Shown here in pieces: positions 26,635 through 38,685 of a stretch of DNA of 64,000 nucleotides. The translations under genes were made by a program, and so were the position numbers. The number at the start of each line of letters is the position of its first letter. The stretch's first letter is position 1. Source of the stretch: Convolutriloba macropyga (taxonomy: Eukaryota); the NCBI RefSeq assembly GCF_964194025.1, contig NC_134477.1, forward strand, positions 30,442,001 to 30,506,000, given 5' to 3'. The notes under the pieces were generated by a model, which did no database searches, was not told where the DNA came from, and saw nothing but the letters and a program-made list of their open reading frames with translations.

Positions 26635-26762
26635 ATTAGATTATAATTTAATTAGATTATAATTTAATTAGATTATAATTAAATTAGATTATAATTTAAT
26701 TAGATTATAATTAAATTAGATTATAATTTAATTAGATTATAATTAAATTAGATTATAATTTA
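26635..26762. repeat. 16-bp minisatellite ATTAGATTATAATT(T/A)A, 8 copies
   Basis: Exact 16-nt period read directly. Confidence 0.95.
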
Positions 26763-27299
26763 CAATTGACATCAATTTCAAGTAAAAGACATCAATAATA
26801 TAGGCGCAATATGTCAACTAAGGACCAACAACAGACATTTGGCCTTCCAGGCTGGCGCTCCTGAAATAACAGTAAAGTCATGATCCAAAAAAGTTCTTTT
26901 TTCACTAAAAAGCGAAAACGGCACGATAAGAATTTTCAACAACAGTGGGAATTGTCAGCAGAACTAATACATATAAAATTCAAATTACATTAAGAGTTGT
27001 AGAGGGTTGGTTAATTAAAGAAGTAGGATCGCAACTACAGACCAAGAAATAAATTAAAGAATATGAAATGCCAAAAACTAATTGTTCATGTTGCAGAATA
27101 AGTTATAAAAGTTCAGTTTCTCTTCTTTCGTAGACTTGGGATTGGACTGAACCGCTGATCAGATCAGATCAGAATTGATAAATTGGTCAGAATGTAAAAT
27201 TGGACTATTGGAAGAAATGTGCTGTTCAGCGTTGCAAGCAAATGGTTGCAGCATTTCCGGAAACGTGTATTGTGAATTGCCTATTTTTTAGATTAGATC

Positions 27300-27437
27300 A
27301 TGGGGCGTGTAATCCGAGCGCAGAGAAAAGGTGCGGGCTCCATCTTCAAAGCCCACGTAAAGCACCGAAAGGGCGTACCCAAACTGAGGAACTTGGACTA
27401 CAGCGAGCGAAAGGGTTATATGCGGGGACTTGTTAAG
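27300..27437 (+). CDS. RPL8: 60S ribosomal protein L8 (uL2), exon 1 of 3 (258 aa total)
   Basis: [25 protein letters not shown]...; AAG|GTAAGT donor at 27438. Confidence 0.96.
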
Positions 27438-27829
27438 GTAAGTAAAATTTTTGAACTTTTTTTCTATGGCAGAACAGCATAATGTAACTAGCATGCCTAC
27501 AACTTAAAATTTTTTGCCTGTATGATTTCTACCTCAAGCTACGCTTTCATAGAATAGTGTTTTTTGTGGAACAGCTTTAGAAACTGCCTGAATATTTTTT
27601 TACTGGTTGAGATTGATTATAATATTGCAAAAGTTCATTATTCTCGTCAGTAAAATTTTAGACAGCGTAGCCAGAATGCAAATATTGAGTTCTTATCTCA
27701 GGAATCAAAGCAATATTTTTAAGTCACTGTATCAACAATTTTTAATCACTGAGCATAAGAATGATTTTCTGGAAAAAAAAAGAAATTGTGTCTGTTACTT
27801 AAACAATATTAACTAAGATTGGAGGGCGC

Positions 27830-27978
27830 AATGCCCTGATAGGTGAGTAGTTAATGCTTAGTCTGTAAGGCAGAGGTCGGGGGTTGGAAACTTATCTAGG
27901 CTACAAACCCTTCTGAGCTAAATCGCCCCGCCTGTCGTTCTAGAACAATTTGTCTGACTTTAGTCGGTTTATGTTTTT
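27830..27978 (+). mobile_element. Family A 3' part with degenerate tRNA-like head, in RPL8 intron 1
   Basis: GAGGTCGGGGGTTGGAAAC resembles 19836-19855; end CGCCTGTCGTTCTAGAACAATT...AGTCGGTTTATGTTTT. Confidence 0.55.
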
Positions 27979-30178
27979 GATTTGAAAAGTTTCATTGAAA
28001 GTATCGTTTCAAACAGGTGACCATTTTAAGTAGATGGATTGCGAACAGCCCTGAACTGGAGCTTAAAAAGGCAAAATGTCTTCTAGGATCCGTCCTATAC
28101 GGCGGTATTCCATAAGATGGCTTGTCCTAGTCTGTGCGTAAAGTAGCTTTCAGGGCTGCGAAGACATGGTTGGGATTTTTAGGAAGCAACTGAAATGAAA
28201 TGGAAAAAATTACCTGTAATGTTTGAACTTAATTTTATGGCGTATTCATTGTGCAGACAAAAATGAAGAGTTTTCTATATATAATAGAAAAATATCTGTA
28301 GCACTGTTTGAAAGGCACTGACACAAACATTGCAACATTACTTTTTTAAAACTGAGATGTGGTTGACTTCTTTAGGGTATTCGTAATCGGAATTTTGACA
28401 CTAAAGTTTTTTCAAAAAATTTTTAAGTTTTCATGAAAATAACGGGCCAATTAGTTTTTTGAAATATTGCAGATGTTGATTTGTTGTTCATTTTATTAAA
28501 CCATTATTTTTACGTCTGCGCTGTTTTGAAATGACTGAAACGGTTAGTCTTATGAAACAGGACGAATTGTTCTCAAAAACAGCTCTAAAACTTCTAAAAG
28601 GAAACAGTTTTCTTCTTTGAGTTTTACTTTTTCTTAGATCATTGTTTGATATTTTGATAGCTCTAAATTTTCTGAAGACTTGTTTTCCAAAAAACTTTTT
28701 CAACCGAAAACCTTTGGTCCGTACGCTAGTTTTTAATTAACCCTAATGTACAGTTCATATAGTAATAGATTTACCTTTCCCCTTTTCTACTGATCATTTT
28801 ATAGTGTGCTAAATCTTTTATAATCTTAGTCATATATAGACTTGATTTTTCTGCCTTACTAAGTTGAGAAAATTTATATTTACTTTATTAATATGCTGTA
28901 AACTTTCTCCAATATTTTTGCTATAAAAACCACTTAGTTATCTTTTGTTATTTGATTTACTCATAACGCAGGAATTTGCGATAGTGCTAACCTAATCTTT
29001 ATTTACATTGTATCCTTTTCTATGTTAACTTTATTTGCCCGGGACGTGCCAGCACGCGCCAGAAGTTTTTGTTATCTTGCGTTAATCTGTGTTCTTGATG
29101 TATTTGTACAATGATTACTCAAATGTAAGTACGGCCCCCGGGCCTTAAAAAGCATTAATCAGAAGAACACAAAAACTCAAAATTGTCAAGCTAAAGATCA
29201 GCCGCCAGTTAATTCAGTCTTAGATTGATAACTGTTCGTTTAACCAGAAAACTGTTTTGTCAGTCGGCCCTGCTCCGAAGTAAAAACTCAAGCCGCTCTG
29301 ACCCTGTTAATATTAGCGAAAAGAATTATTTAAGTGACAAAACTATGTTACGAAGTGTATTAAGACAGAATGTCACATTACAGCCGTAAACAATAAAGAC
29401 TGATAGCAATTTTAGCGGAATTTTGTTTACATCATTAAATAATTGATTTTTAGTCAAATAATTTTATCGTAACTTTTAGGCTTGAAAGTAAATAAATCCT
29501 CGTGACTTTTAATGCTCGTAATTTTTTTAGGCTTGAAACTAAATGACCATCAGAACTTCATAAAAACGAGCTAAATTTAGAGTTTTCTGTTCGCTTTTAG
29601 CTTTGTTTTCTACGCGATCTTTCACCCATCCCCCGTCCGATAATTTCCCTTTTTTCGTGTATGAAACATTTTTTTCGTGTGTGAATCAAAACTTGATTCT
29701 GAGACCTACAAAATGATGTTTTTTCTTTTGTCTCTACGATGTGTAAATAAAAATTGAAAATTTGATTAAAGAAAAAATGTCAGCCTCGCATGTATATTCC
29801 TCAATTTTAAAAAAGAGGTTGGAACAATAAATTGATTTTGTTAATGTAACTTAATTAAGAAGTTGAGTGCTTGCGGCAATTGGAATCGGGCAATTTTGTT
29901 CGAAGTAGCTATCTTTTTTCAAATAAAAGGTATCCATGCCTGAAAATAGGCTGTGATCTCAGAATTCTCTTGCTGTGATACATCGAGAAAGCTGAATTAA
30001 AAAGTTTATACATAAACATTGTGTCGTTATTAGAAGCTGTATCAAATGAAGGGTTTCGATATAAACTCCTCTGTAAATCGAAATATAGGTCAACGCAATT
30101 TATAGGAAGTAATTTTATGTCTCAAGGACTTTTCTCCTGGTTGTGCATGATTTTTAAATAACTTCTAAATTTTTCAAG

Positions 30179-30368
30179 GATATCATTCACGATCCGGGTC
30201 GAGGAGCACCTTTAGCAGTTGTGGAGTTCAGAGATCCTTACAAGTTCAAGAAAAGGAAGGAACTGTTCATTGCTTCTGAGGGTTTGTTCACGGGGCAGTA
30301 CATCTACGCGGGAAAGAAGGCTGCTCTCACCACTGGAAATGTATTGCCTATTGGAAACATTCCGGAAG
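30179..30368 (+). CDS. RPL8: RPL8 exon 2
   Basis: TTTTCAAG acceptor ending 30178; [24 protein letters not shown]...[11 protein letters not shown]; GTTTGT donor at 30369, phase 1. Confidence 0.95.
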
Positions 30369-30602
30369 GTTTGTCATGCAAGGCTTTTTTATTCAAAAAG
30401 GATTGATTGAAGTAAAACAAAATTAGCTTTTTGGAATTAGTGAACGCTTTGGGAAGTTAAAATGGGAAAATGATTGACGCCACTTCTAGTAACCTGTTGA
30501 CATGAATTGACGAGAGTTTGATCTGTTATGGTCAGGACTTTATCAGTGATTTATATCCGAAAGAGTTTTTGTCATATGACTTCATTGGTGAATATATTCA
30601 AG

Positions 30603-31051
30603 GTACTCTGGTGTGCTCTGTGGAGGAAAAGACCGGAGACAGAGGTCGATTGGCCAGAGCTTCCGGCGACTTCTGTGCTGTCATTTCACACAATACAGAC
30701 ACGCAGAAGACACGAATCAGATTGCCGTCCGGCTTGAAGAAAATTGTGTCATCCAAAAATCGAGCCATGATTGGAATCGTAGCCGGTGGTGGTCGAACTG
30801 AGAAGCCGTTGCTTAAAGCTGGTCGTGCTTACCATAAATTCAAGGCAAAGAGGAAGTGCTGGCCAGTGGTTCGAGGTGTGGCTATGAACCCCGTGGAGCA
30901 CCCGCATGGTGGTGGTAACCATCAGCATATTGGATCACCAAGTACTGTTAAGAGGTCGACGCCTCCAGGACGAAAGGTCGGTCTGATTGCGGCTAGAAGG
31001 ACTGGTTTGATCAGAGGAGGCAGAAAGGAGAAATTGGCCGAAAAGGAGTAG
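30603..31051 (+). CDS. RPL8: RPL8 exon 3
   Basis: TTCAAG acceptor ending 30602; [15 protein letters not shown]...[20 protein letters not shown]...*; spliced CDS 138+190+449=777 nt. Confidence 0.96.
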
Positions 31052-31444
31052 TGGCCTGTTAATAGAAAATGACTGAAATATATTTCTTTTAGTCGTTTCT
31101 TTAATTGTTTCCTGAAATGATCAATTTCAAGTTGAAGCACTCCATTATTTTTCGCCGGCAGAAATCTGGGCTCTGTGGGTGGCTAATAGTATAATCTGTC
31201 AAGTTTGTAGATTCCCTAGATCATGGATAGCTTAAAAGTTATCCATGCATTTTTAGTCTTAATAGTACAAAGTTTAGGTTAGGCTCGAGATGTTTTGGAG
31301 GTATTTTCCTGTAGAACATGAGTTAAGAGTGTGCAATCTGCTCATATGCTTTCATGATTCAAAGCCTTAATACATTCCGAAGGTAACATTCGTTTTCGCG
31401 TCTTTCAAACATTGAAATGATTTTGTTGAATTTTCAGATGAAAA

Positions 31445-33571
31445 ATGGGCAAAAAGAAGCAGTCATATCTGGCTTCTTCTGGTTTCAGTGGGTTTGGATT
31501 CTCTGATGGCGTCTTAAAAGGGGTCGTCAAGAAAGGTTACAACAATCCCACGCCCATTCAGCGAAAATGCATTCCCATTATAATGGATGGAAAAGACGTT
31601 GTTGCCATGGCACGCACGGGTAGTGGGAAAACGGCTTGTTTTCTACTTCCAATTTTACACCATCTCAGAGAGCATGACAATTGTTCAGGACCACGTGCCT
31701 TAATTCTGTCGCCTACAAGAGAACTAGCATTGCAAACATACCAATTTTTCAAAGAACTGGCAAAATACACTGGCTTAAGAGCCAGCGTTGTAATCGGTGG
31801 AAGTAGTATTGATAAAAATTTTGAAGCGTTGCATAGTCAACCCGACGTTATCATTGCCACTCCTGGACGTCTGACGCATGTTTTAATGGAAATGGAATTA
31901 AAACTAGCAAATATCAAGTATTTCGTTTTAGACGAAGCAGACCGTTTGTTCGAACTTGGCTTTTGTGATCAAATAAAGCTAATTTCAAAGCAAATTGGAG
32001 TTGAGCGACAAACGCTGCTCTTTTCAGCGACTTTGCCTCAGACGCTCACAGAGTTTACCCGAATTGGATTACACGATCCAGTTTTAATCCGACTCGACAA
32101 AGACGAAAAGCTGAGTGAATTTTTAAAGCTCAACTACATAAACGTTCGAAGCGTCCAAAAGATTCCGTTGTTGCTTTACCTCTTGTGTGAAAAACTACAC
32201 AACAAAGATAAAACTGCAGTATTTTTACCTACCCGACATTACGTTGAGTACGTTCACGAATTGCTCACTGGTTTGAATGTCGAAAGCACTTTTATATACA
32301 GTTCTTTAGACCAAGAAGCGAGGTCTGAAAATATATCTAAATTCAGCAACCGGGCAAGAGTATGTAATATTTTACTCGTAACTGATATCGCGGCTCGTGG
32401 AATTGATATCCCTGTATTGGACAATGTTATTAATTTTAATTTCCCTTGCTCGCCCAAGTTATTTGTTCACAGGGTTGGCCGAGTAGCAAGATCAGGCCGA
32501 TCCGGAACTGCTATAAGCTTTGTTACTTCGGAAGAGCTAGCGTATTATGTTGACGTCCAGTTGTTTCTTGGCCGACCTATCTCATTAGCCGATAAAGACA
32601 GTTCGGAAGATGAAGACGGAATTTTAGGAGGTGTCAATAAAGAAACAGTTGCTGATTATTTCGATAAAATCAATACTATTGCTAGCCTTGAAGGAGCTGA
32701 CTATGAATCACTACGGGAAACCGCTGATCGTAGTTTGATTCAATATGCTAAAACATGTCCGGCAGCTTGTCACGAGAGTTCAAAACGAGCTAAAGACCTA
32801 AATTTGGAAAACTTACAAATTCATCCGTTTTTGCGCTTGAAGTCGACGGATACAAATGTTCAAGATTTCTTAAACAGTATTAAGAACTATAAATCAAGTA
32901 AAACTATTTTTGAAGTGAACCCAACGAAAAATATGAACGCATTTCAAGTCATGCAAGAAACTAGAAAACGTCACGGAGAATCCATTGAAGATTTCTCGGC
33001 CAAAAAAGCGCGTAAAGAAGCTGAAAACTCTAAGCATGCGCAACAGAAAGTAGCTGACGGTTTTATACCGTACAACTCGACGAATCAGCACTTTGAAAAA
33101 GGCTTAGAAATTAGCCAATTTGAAAAGGAAATTCGAAGTTCGGCGTTTGATGTTATTGTTGATGATGAGAAAAAATTAGCGGAAAAGCGATCACAGAAAG
33201 TGTGGGATAGAAAGCAGAAACGGTATAAAGGTATTAGTGAAAATAATAAGAAAATAACAACCGAAAGTGGAGCCAAAATTAGTGCATCCTTCAAAACTGG
33301 TCGCTACGAACACTGGCTCAAAAATAAAGGCAATGCAAAGTCGGGCGATAGAAATTTTGAAGACTTTGTCAAATCAACACAGGCCGAGAATAAGCATAAT
33401 AAAGGAAGAAATGAACTGAAAAACGCAGATCAAGTCGCCAAGGTTAGGAGACAAAAAGCCCGCAAGATGGAATTTGACAAGAGGCGATATCAGGAAAAAA
33501 AGTCCAGACATGAAAATAAATCTGGGAAAGGTGGCCAGAAATTTAAAGGCAAAGGAAAGAAGAAGAAATAG
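31445..33571 (+). CDS. DDX54: ATP-dependent DEAD-box RNA helicase DDX54/DBP10 (intronless, 708 aa)
   Basis: Q motif PTPIQRK, motif I ARTGSGKT, PTRELA, DEADRLFE, FSAT, HRVGRVARSGRSG; DBP10-type C-terminus WDRKQKRY...ITTESGAKISASFKTGRYEHW; basic tail. Confidence 0.93.
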   Translation: MGKKKQSYLASSGFSGFGFSDGVLKGVVKKGYNNPTPIQRKCIPIIMDGKDVVAMARTGSGKTACFLLPILHHLREHDNCSGPRALILSPTRELALQTYQFFKELAKYTGLRASVVIGGSSIDKNFEALHSQPDVIIATPGRLTHVLMEMELKLANIKYFVLDEADRLFELGFCDQIKLISKQIGVERQTLLFSATLPQTLTEFTRIGLHDPVLIRLDKDEKLSEFLKLNYINVRSVQKIPLLLYLLCEKLHNKDKTAVFLPTRHYVEYVHELLTGLNVESTFIYSSLDQEARSENISKFSNRARVCNILLVTDIAARGIDIPVLDNVINFNFPCSPKLFVHRVGRVARSGRSGTAISFVTSEELAYYVDVQLFLGRPISLADKDSSEDEDGILGGVNKETVADYFDKINTIASLEGADYESLRETADRSLIQYAKTCPAACHESSKRAKDLNLENLQIHPFLRLKSTDTNVQDFLNSIKNYKSSKTIFEVNPTKNMNAFQVMQETRKRHGESIEDFSAKKARKEAENSKHAQQKVADGFIPYNSTNQHFEKGLEISQFEKEIRSSAFDVIVDDEKKLAEKRSQKVWDRKQKRYKGISENNKKITTESGAKISASFKTGRYEHWLKNKGNAKSGDRNFEDFVKSTQAENKHNKGRNELKNADQVAKVRRQKARKMEFDKRRYQEKKSRHENKSGKGGQKFKGKGKKKK

Positions 33572-35260
33572 TGTATTAATAGTATAAAATTTGTGATTCA
33601 ATTCATGTTCTGCCCCGAGTTTTCACAAGATGCTGTGTGTTTAATTTTGTTACCTCTAGTATAGGGGGAAAAGTGACATAGTTGGATGAAGCCAACTTTT
33701 CCCGCTTTATTTAAAAGTTATTTGGAATTTAAATTTTTCTCGTAAACCAGATTCCGGTTTTGAGAGGGAATCGAAACACTTGTGTTTGTTCATCTTTTCG
33801 TTTTAAATTGATACAAAGACAGCCTCCCATTTTTAGTGCTTGAAAAGTTTAAAATTTTGTGCCAGTCTGAATTTATTTTGGCAAAAATTTTGAGACTAAA
33901 AGAAAAGTGCATCATGGAACCTGGAACGAGTTTCAAGTCTTGATCTGTACTTCTTCAAAGAAATACACGTCTTGAATTGACAAATCAGTACTGATCACGT
34001 GTTATCTCATGTCTTAAGACGTGAAGACGTGTCAACTCTTGCTCAAAATTGGCAAAAATTGTTAAACATTTTTTACGAGCAATTTGTGAATTGAACATAT
34101 ACTTAAAGTACAGTACCCCATATATTCACTCCGAAACAATTTTTTTTCAATAGGCAGAAAAAAGTGGCTATGACTGGTATCTTTCGGCGGTATCAGATTT
34201 TTTTTCATTCTCTATCAATTGAACTTTGTGGAAGTGCTTGCATTTTCTTGTGCTTGTTTTGCTTCCGAGAGTTTCATAGGGGAGCCACTGTAAATGGCGG
34301 CCTTTTTCTTTCTTTACGAAACGAAAGCAAATCAACAATAAAAACTGTGCTCAATAGTTGACCCAAGTCTTGGGCAAGGCATGATTTAAGACTTGACAAG
34401 TCTACAAATGGACATGATCATCAGAGCTCTGATACAGCAGTGATCCAATACTTGCAATTTCACTGAAGCAGTAATGATTGAGACTTTACATTCAGTCCGT
34501 GAACTTTCCAGAAGAATTGATTGTTAAAGAATGATCTATTTATTTTCCATCAATTGCACTTTTTGCCTTTCGGTTTTTCTCGCTACGATACAATTGAAAT
34601 TTGATATAGCTATAGTAATATAATTATTTTAGCTGTCAGTGATCAGTTGTTCAGATTTTATTATAAATTATTTTGAAATTTCTGATTTTTCCCTCACTAT
34701 TTTGTTATCCTGTAAAAAAAACTATTCTTTAGTCAAGTTGGACTGCAGTGGTTTTCCACCAAGGTTGTGTTCGGTCCGGATTTTGCTGTTCTACACGAAA
34801 AAATTATGGAGTTCAAGTTTCCAAATTTTTGAATTTTTCAACTCACTGCTTAAAAGTGCTTCACACTTGATATTCCTTGCTTCTCATGTTGCCCAATTCA
34901 GATCACGAACATAATTGCTAAAATTACACTGCAGTACTGAGCCGAGCTAAATTGTTGAGCTGTTTTAATTTTTAATTGTTTTGTGTTCTGTATTTCCTTT
35001 AAAAGAACAGCGAAGAAAAAGCTGAGTAACGTTCTTGCAACGTTTTGATCTAGTGAAATGATTTATGTGTTTGTTTTTTGTTTTTCATCGTTTTTATCAA
35101 TTGCCCCTTCTATGCATTGCTAGTCTCTAAGTATGCGATTCACCAAAACTGTTTCGCAGAGTCGATTTCATAGTGTGAATTGCGGTTCTTTTTTTTAAAA
35201 TTTTGAGACCCCTCCCTCCCCATACTATACTCAACCCCGACTCACCTGTGTGGAAATCTG

Positions 35261-36195
35261 TTTTTAACAGCCGCAAGATGATAGCTGGCTTATCTCTGTG
35301 TTTTACAATCCAAAGATTTGAATTGTATTGGTGTCCAGTCTTTTTTGATGTATTGACGAATTTTTCTGATGACTTTCAGCTTTCGAAATAGGATTAACAT
35401 GCAAGGCTTGTCGGGCATTAAAGTGCAAAAAGATCCCTCAGCTGACTTTAGTAGTCTTTAAGGTGCTTTTTGTACTGAACTTCGTTTCTTCTTTCTGTTT
35501 TCACATGCTTCTGCCTTATGATGCATGCCTATGTATCCAGCAAGTTTTAATTTGGTTCCGTTTCCTTTTCTTTGCCTTGCCACAAATTAATTGAAAAACA
35601 TAGTATTCAACACGATTTTATTGAAAGTATTTACATTTGGAATGACGTTATTGTTTTTTCTCTAAATTTGTGAAACCGTGTTTATCTTTTTGATTCGTAG
35701 TGGTCATTTGATCTGCTGGTCAGATAGTAGTTTTAAGTTTTGTCAATTCTTTGGATTGCAATTCAGGACTTGTCGTACTATATTTTGTTCTTATTTCGTC
35801 CTCAACATTTTTGTTACGAACATATGGCGTCACAATCACTTCAAATCTGCTTTGTGATCAGTCATTCATGCAATTTCAGCTGAAGTGTGTGCATGGCATA
35901 TTTTTTTCACTCTTAGTGAAGCTAGTTTTTTAATCATTCGCATGATGAAGTTTTAAATTCCCACGTGACTTATCTCATTCTCAAAACTGAGTTCTTCACT
36001 CTGCAAGTGACCTTTCTTTGCTCTAATTCAGAGAGATGAGATCAAGTGAGTATTTGTCACTGAAAAAAGATTCCTAATCAAAATATAACATCTCAGTATC
36101 AATCGTTTTTTGGTCTGTCTGACTTACTATATTTTTGAGACTGCAGATATACAAAGCTTATTCGGCTATTTTCTCACTATCTGCCAGTTGTTTTT
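35261..36195 (+). mobile_element. Family B element (21341 subfamily) with about 0.5 kb internal insertion
   Basis: 5' CAGCCGCAAGATGATAGCTGG; 35790-36195 collinear with 21390-21845; end CGGCTATTTTCTC...TCTGCCAG. Confidence 0.55.
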
Positions 36196-37889
36196 TTAGT
36201 TTGACAAGTGGTACTTTAGTGGCTCATTTACTAAGCCGTTGTTTAAAATGATTCTGATCATTAGGAGAGATGGTCTGATCATTAAGATCAGATATCTTCC
36301 ACATTATCATTTGGAAAGGCTGGATTGTTAGATTTGTTGAGAAGTTTTTGTCCAAAGTTTAATGTACATCAAAAATTGGATAGAAAAACTCGTTAAAAAG
36401 AAATTTTAATCACTCATCTGATAAAAAGAGCCCCTGTGCTTAAATTTCATGTAGCTCTCAAGTTATTCAGCTTTGAAAACTTATGAATAAGTTGTCACAG
36501 TGATAGAAAAAATTTCAATATTTATTTTAATTGAAATAGGACTTTCAAGTTTTTTAAAACCTTGCTGACTTATGAGGTATTTAGATGTTTGTTTTAATAT
36601 TCTGACCGCATGCATTGAGGGAAGAAACTCTAAATAAGCCTGGCCACCCTAAATTTCTGTCAGAGAAAGGTGGAAGTGGTATCATCTGAGGACTCCTGCA
36701 GTGTATATTTATATATGGGTTTTTGTCTTTTTCTTTTTTGAGAAGCCACGAGTTTCTAAAATTGTATGTTTTTCTTAAAAATTTAGAGAAAAGTCAATCG
36801 AACTGCTGAAGAAGTACATTGACTCATTTAAAAAAAAACAATTTGAAATTTAAAGCCATTACTTCTAACCCTATATTTAGTCCAGTTGATAGAATAAATA
36901 CTCAAATTTACAAACTTTTTAACCTTGATTTTATTCCAGGCTATTGGGTGCTCCTTGAAAAATTAATTGGAAATCATTAGTAGAAATCTTTGTTAGTGGA
37001 GAGCATTTTAACATACAAAGTGAAGAAAATTGTTAAATAGTTAATCCGAGCTACAAATCACGCTAAAAGGTCTAAAAATTCAAAAATTCTTGCAAAGGAC
37101 TCCTCGAGTTGGCGTTTCGATTCTTCAAGTAATGTTGTGAAAGTGAAAAGGCAAAAAATAAAAATGGTAAACCATAACACGTGAAATCAATATTTAATAT
37201 TTTCTAAAACGGTACCAAGGAAAAAAAGCGTACATTAGAATTTCTGACTTTTCTGTCTCGAGCAGGGATATACAGTGTAACAATTAAAATCATTCCCCAG
37301 AATGTTAACTCTTCGGTATTTGAAATATTAAAATGACAGAAATTATTTTAATTAATGAATGTTGCCAATCTTTTAATTGAGTTGGCTTTGTTTGAACGAG
37401 AATTGCACGAAACTGTTGGTTTAACAAAAAAATGGCAAGGATCACAGAAAATTATAATTTTTGATGAGAATTTTTGTTTTGAAGATCATGCTCTTCTGGA
37501 AATATTAAATTCAAGACCGCGAAATTATTTACGAGCCCCAAACATAAATTTCAACAGAACAAAAAACATTTTACTGTGACTTTGAAAACTGTCACTATAC
37601 TTTAGGGTTTCGAGATCTTTAATCTAAGACAAGTTAAAGATTTCGTAATTTGATTAGAAGAAAAATCCGAACACACAATGGTGCTACCTCTTTTGAATTT
37701 CTGAAGAAATTTTGTCTTAAATAGTTTGATGAGATTGTTTCAATTAGGCAAGACGGGTGGAAGTTGAGTGTTTCGATTTTTCCCTCTAACTTTTTTTTCT
37801 TTGCACTTCTTGAGAATTGTGCAATTGTCATTATAGATCCTAGGTTGTCTAGTTCTTTTTTACCTTTCGTTTCAGATTTTGACTAAAGA

Positions 37890-38122
37890 ATGAAAACGAT
37901 CACTGATTTGCCTGCTGAAATTCTGGAAAGAATTTGCTGCTATCTGATCCCTGATTGGCTCGAACTACAATCTCAAGCAGCTTTCAGAGTTAATATGAAG
38001 AATCTGGTAGCTTTTCGTGACACCTGTTCTGCTGTGCACGACCTGATTAGCTCTTTTCCGTTAAATTTTCCTTTACATATCGATTTTCCGGGCACCAAAG
38101 AAATTTCTCAACTCTTAAGATT
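37890..38122 (+). CDS. F-box-domain protein, exon 1
   Basis: ITDLPAEILERICCYL matches the F-box start consensus (LP.E(I/L)L..I..YL). Proposed GTTTGG donor at 38123 (phase 2) joins in frame to the 38690 ORF. Confidence 0.65.
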
Positions 38123-38685
38123 GTTTGGCAATATACTTTTTAAATACTTGTGCTGCTATCTGAATTAGATACACTATTTACTCTTTTGAGTCTGCGTATA
38201 ACATTGTGGTATATGAGGAATTTCATTCCTCCCATGATTGGAAGGAATATTTGAATGATAAAAATAATGCTGTTATTCTGTTGGATGAAACCCCTTAATG
38301 TTGTATTCCTCCTGATTGAATTTTATTAAAAGAGTTGGAAAGAGTAAAAAACAGTTAGTTGAAAATCAGGCTTTGAACCCGCATTTTACTCTTAAGATAC
38401 TAGAGGTAAAACAAAATAATAATATAGAAATCAGCACTTTATAATATGGTACAACAAATTCCGTATTTGATAAGCTTGAGAAGCTTATGTGATTTTGATG
38501 CTATTTGATAAGAACCAAATTATTTGGTTGCTTGACCGTCGAAGTAATTCGAGTGACTTTGAAAAATATGAGCTTTACAAAATATTGGAGCGCAAGTACG
38601 GTGACCACAGGTTCATGAACTTCTTCTGTACTTCGGTAAATTAGTAACTTAGTGTTGAGAACTTTCGACTGCAGCTGACCGATAG

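Noticed and set aside
27113-27135. TCT/5'TOP promoter of RPL8
   Set aside because: The pyrimidine tract TTTCTCTTCTTTCGTAG fits a TCT initiator or a splice acceptor equally well; it cannot be assigned without transcript data.
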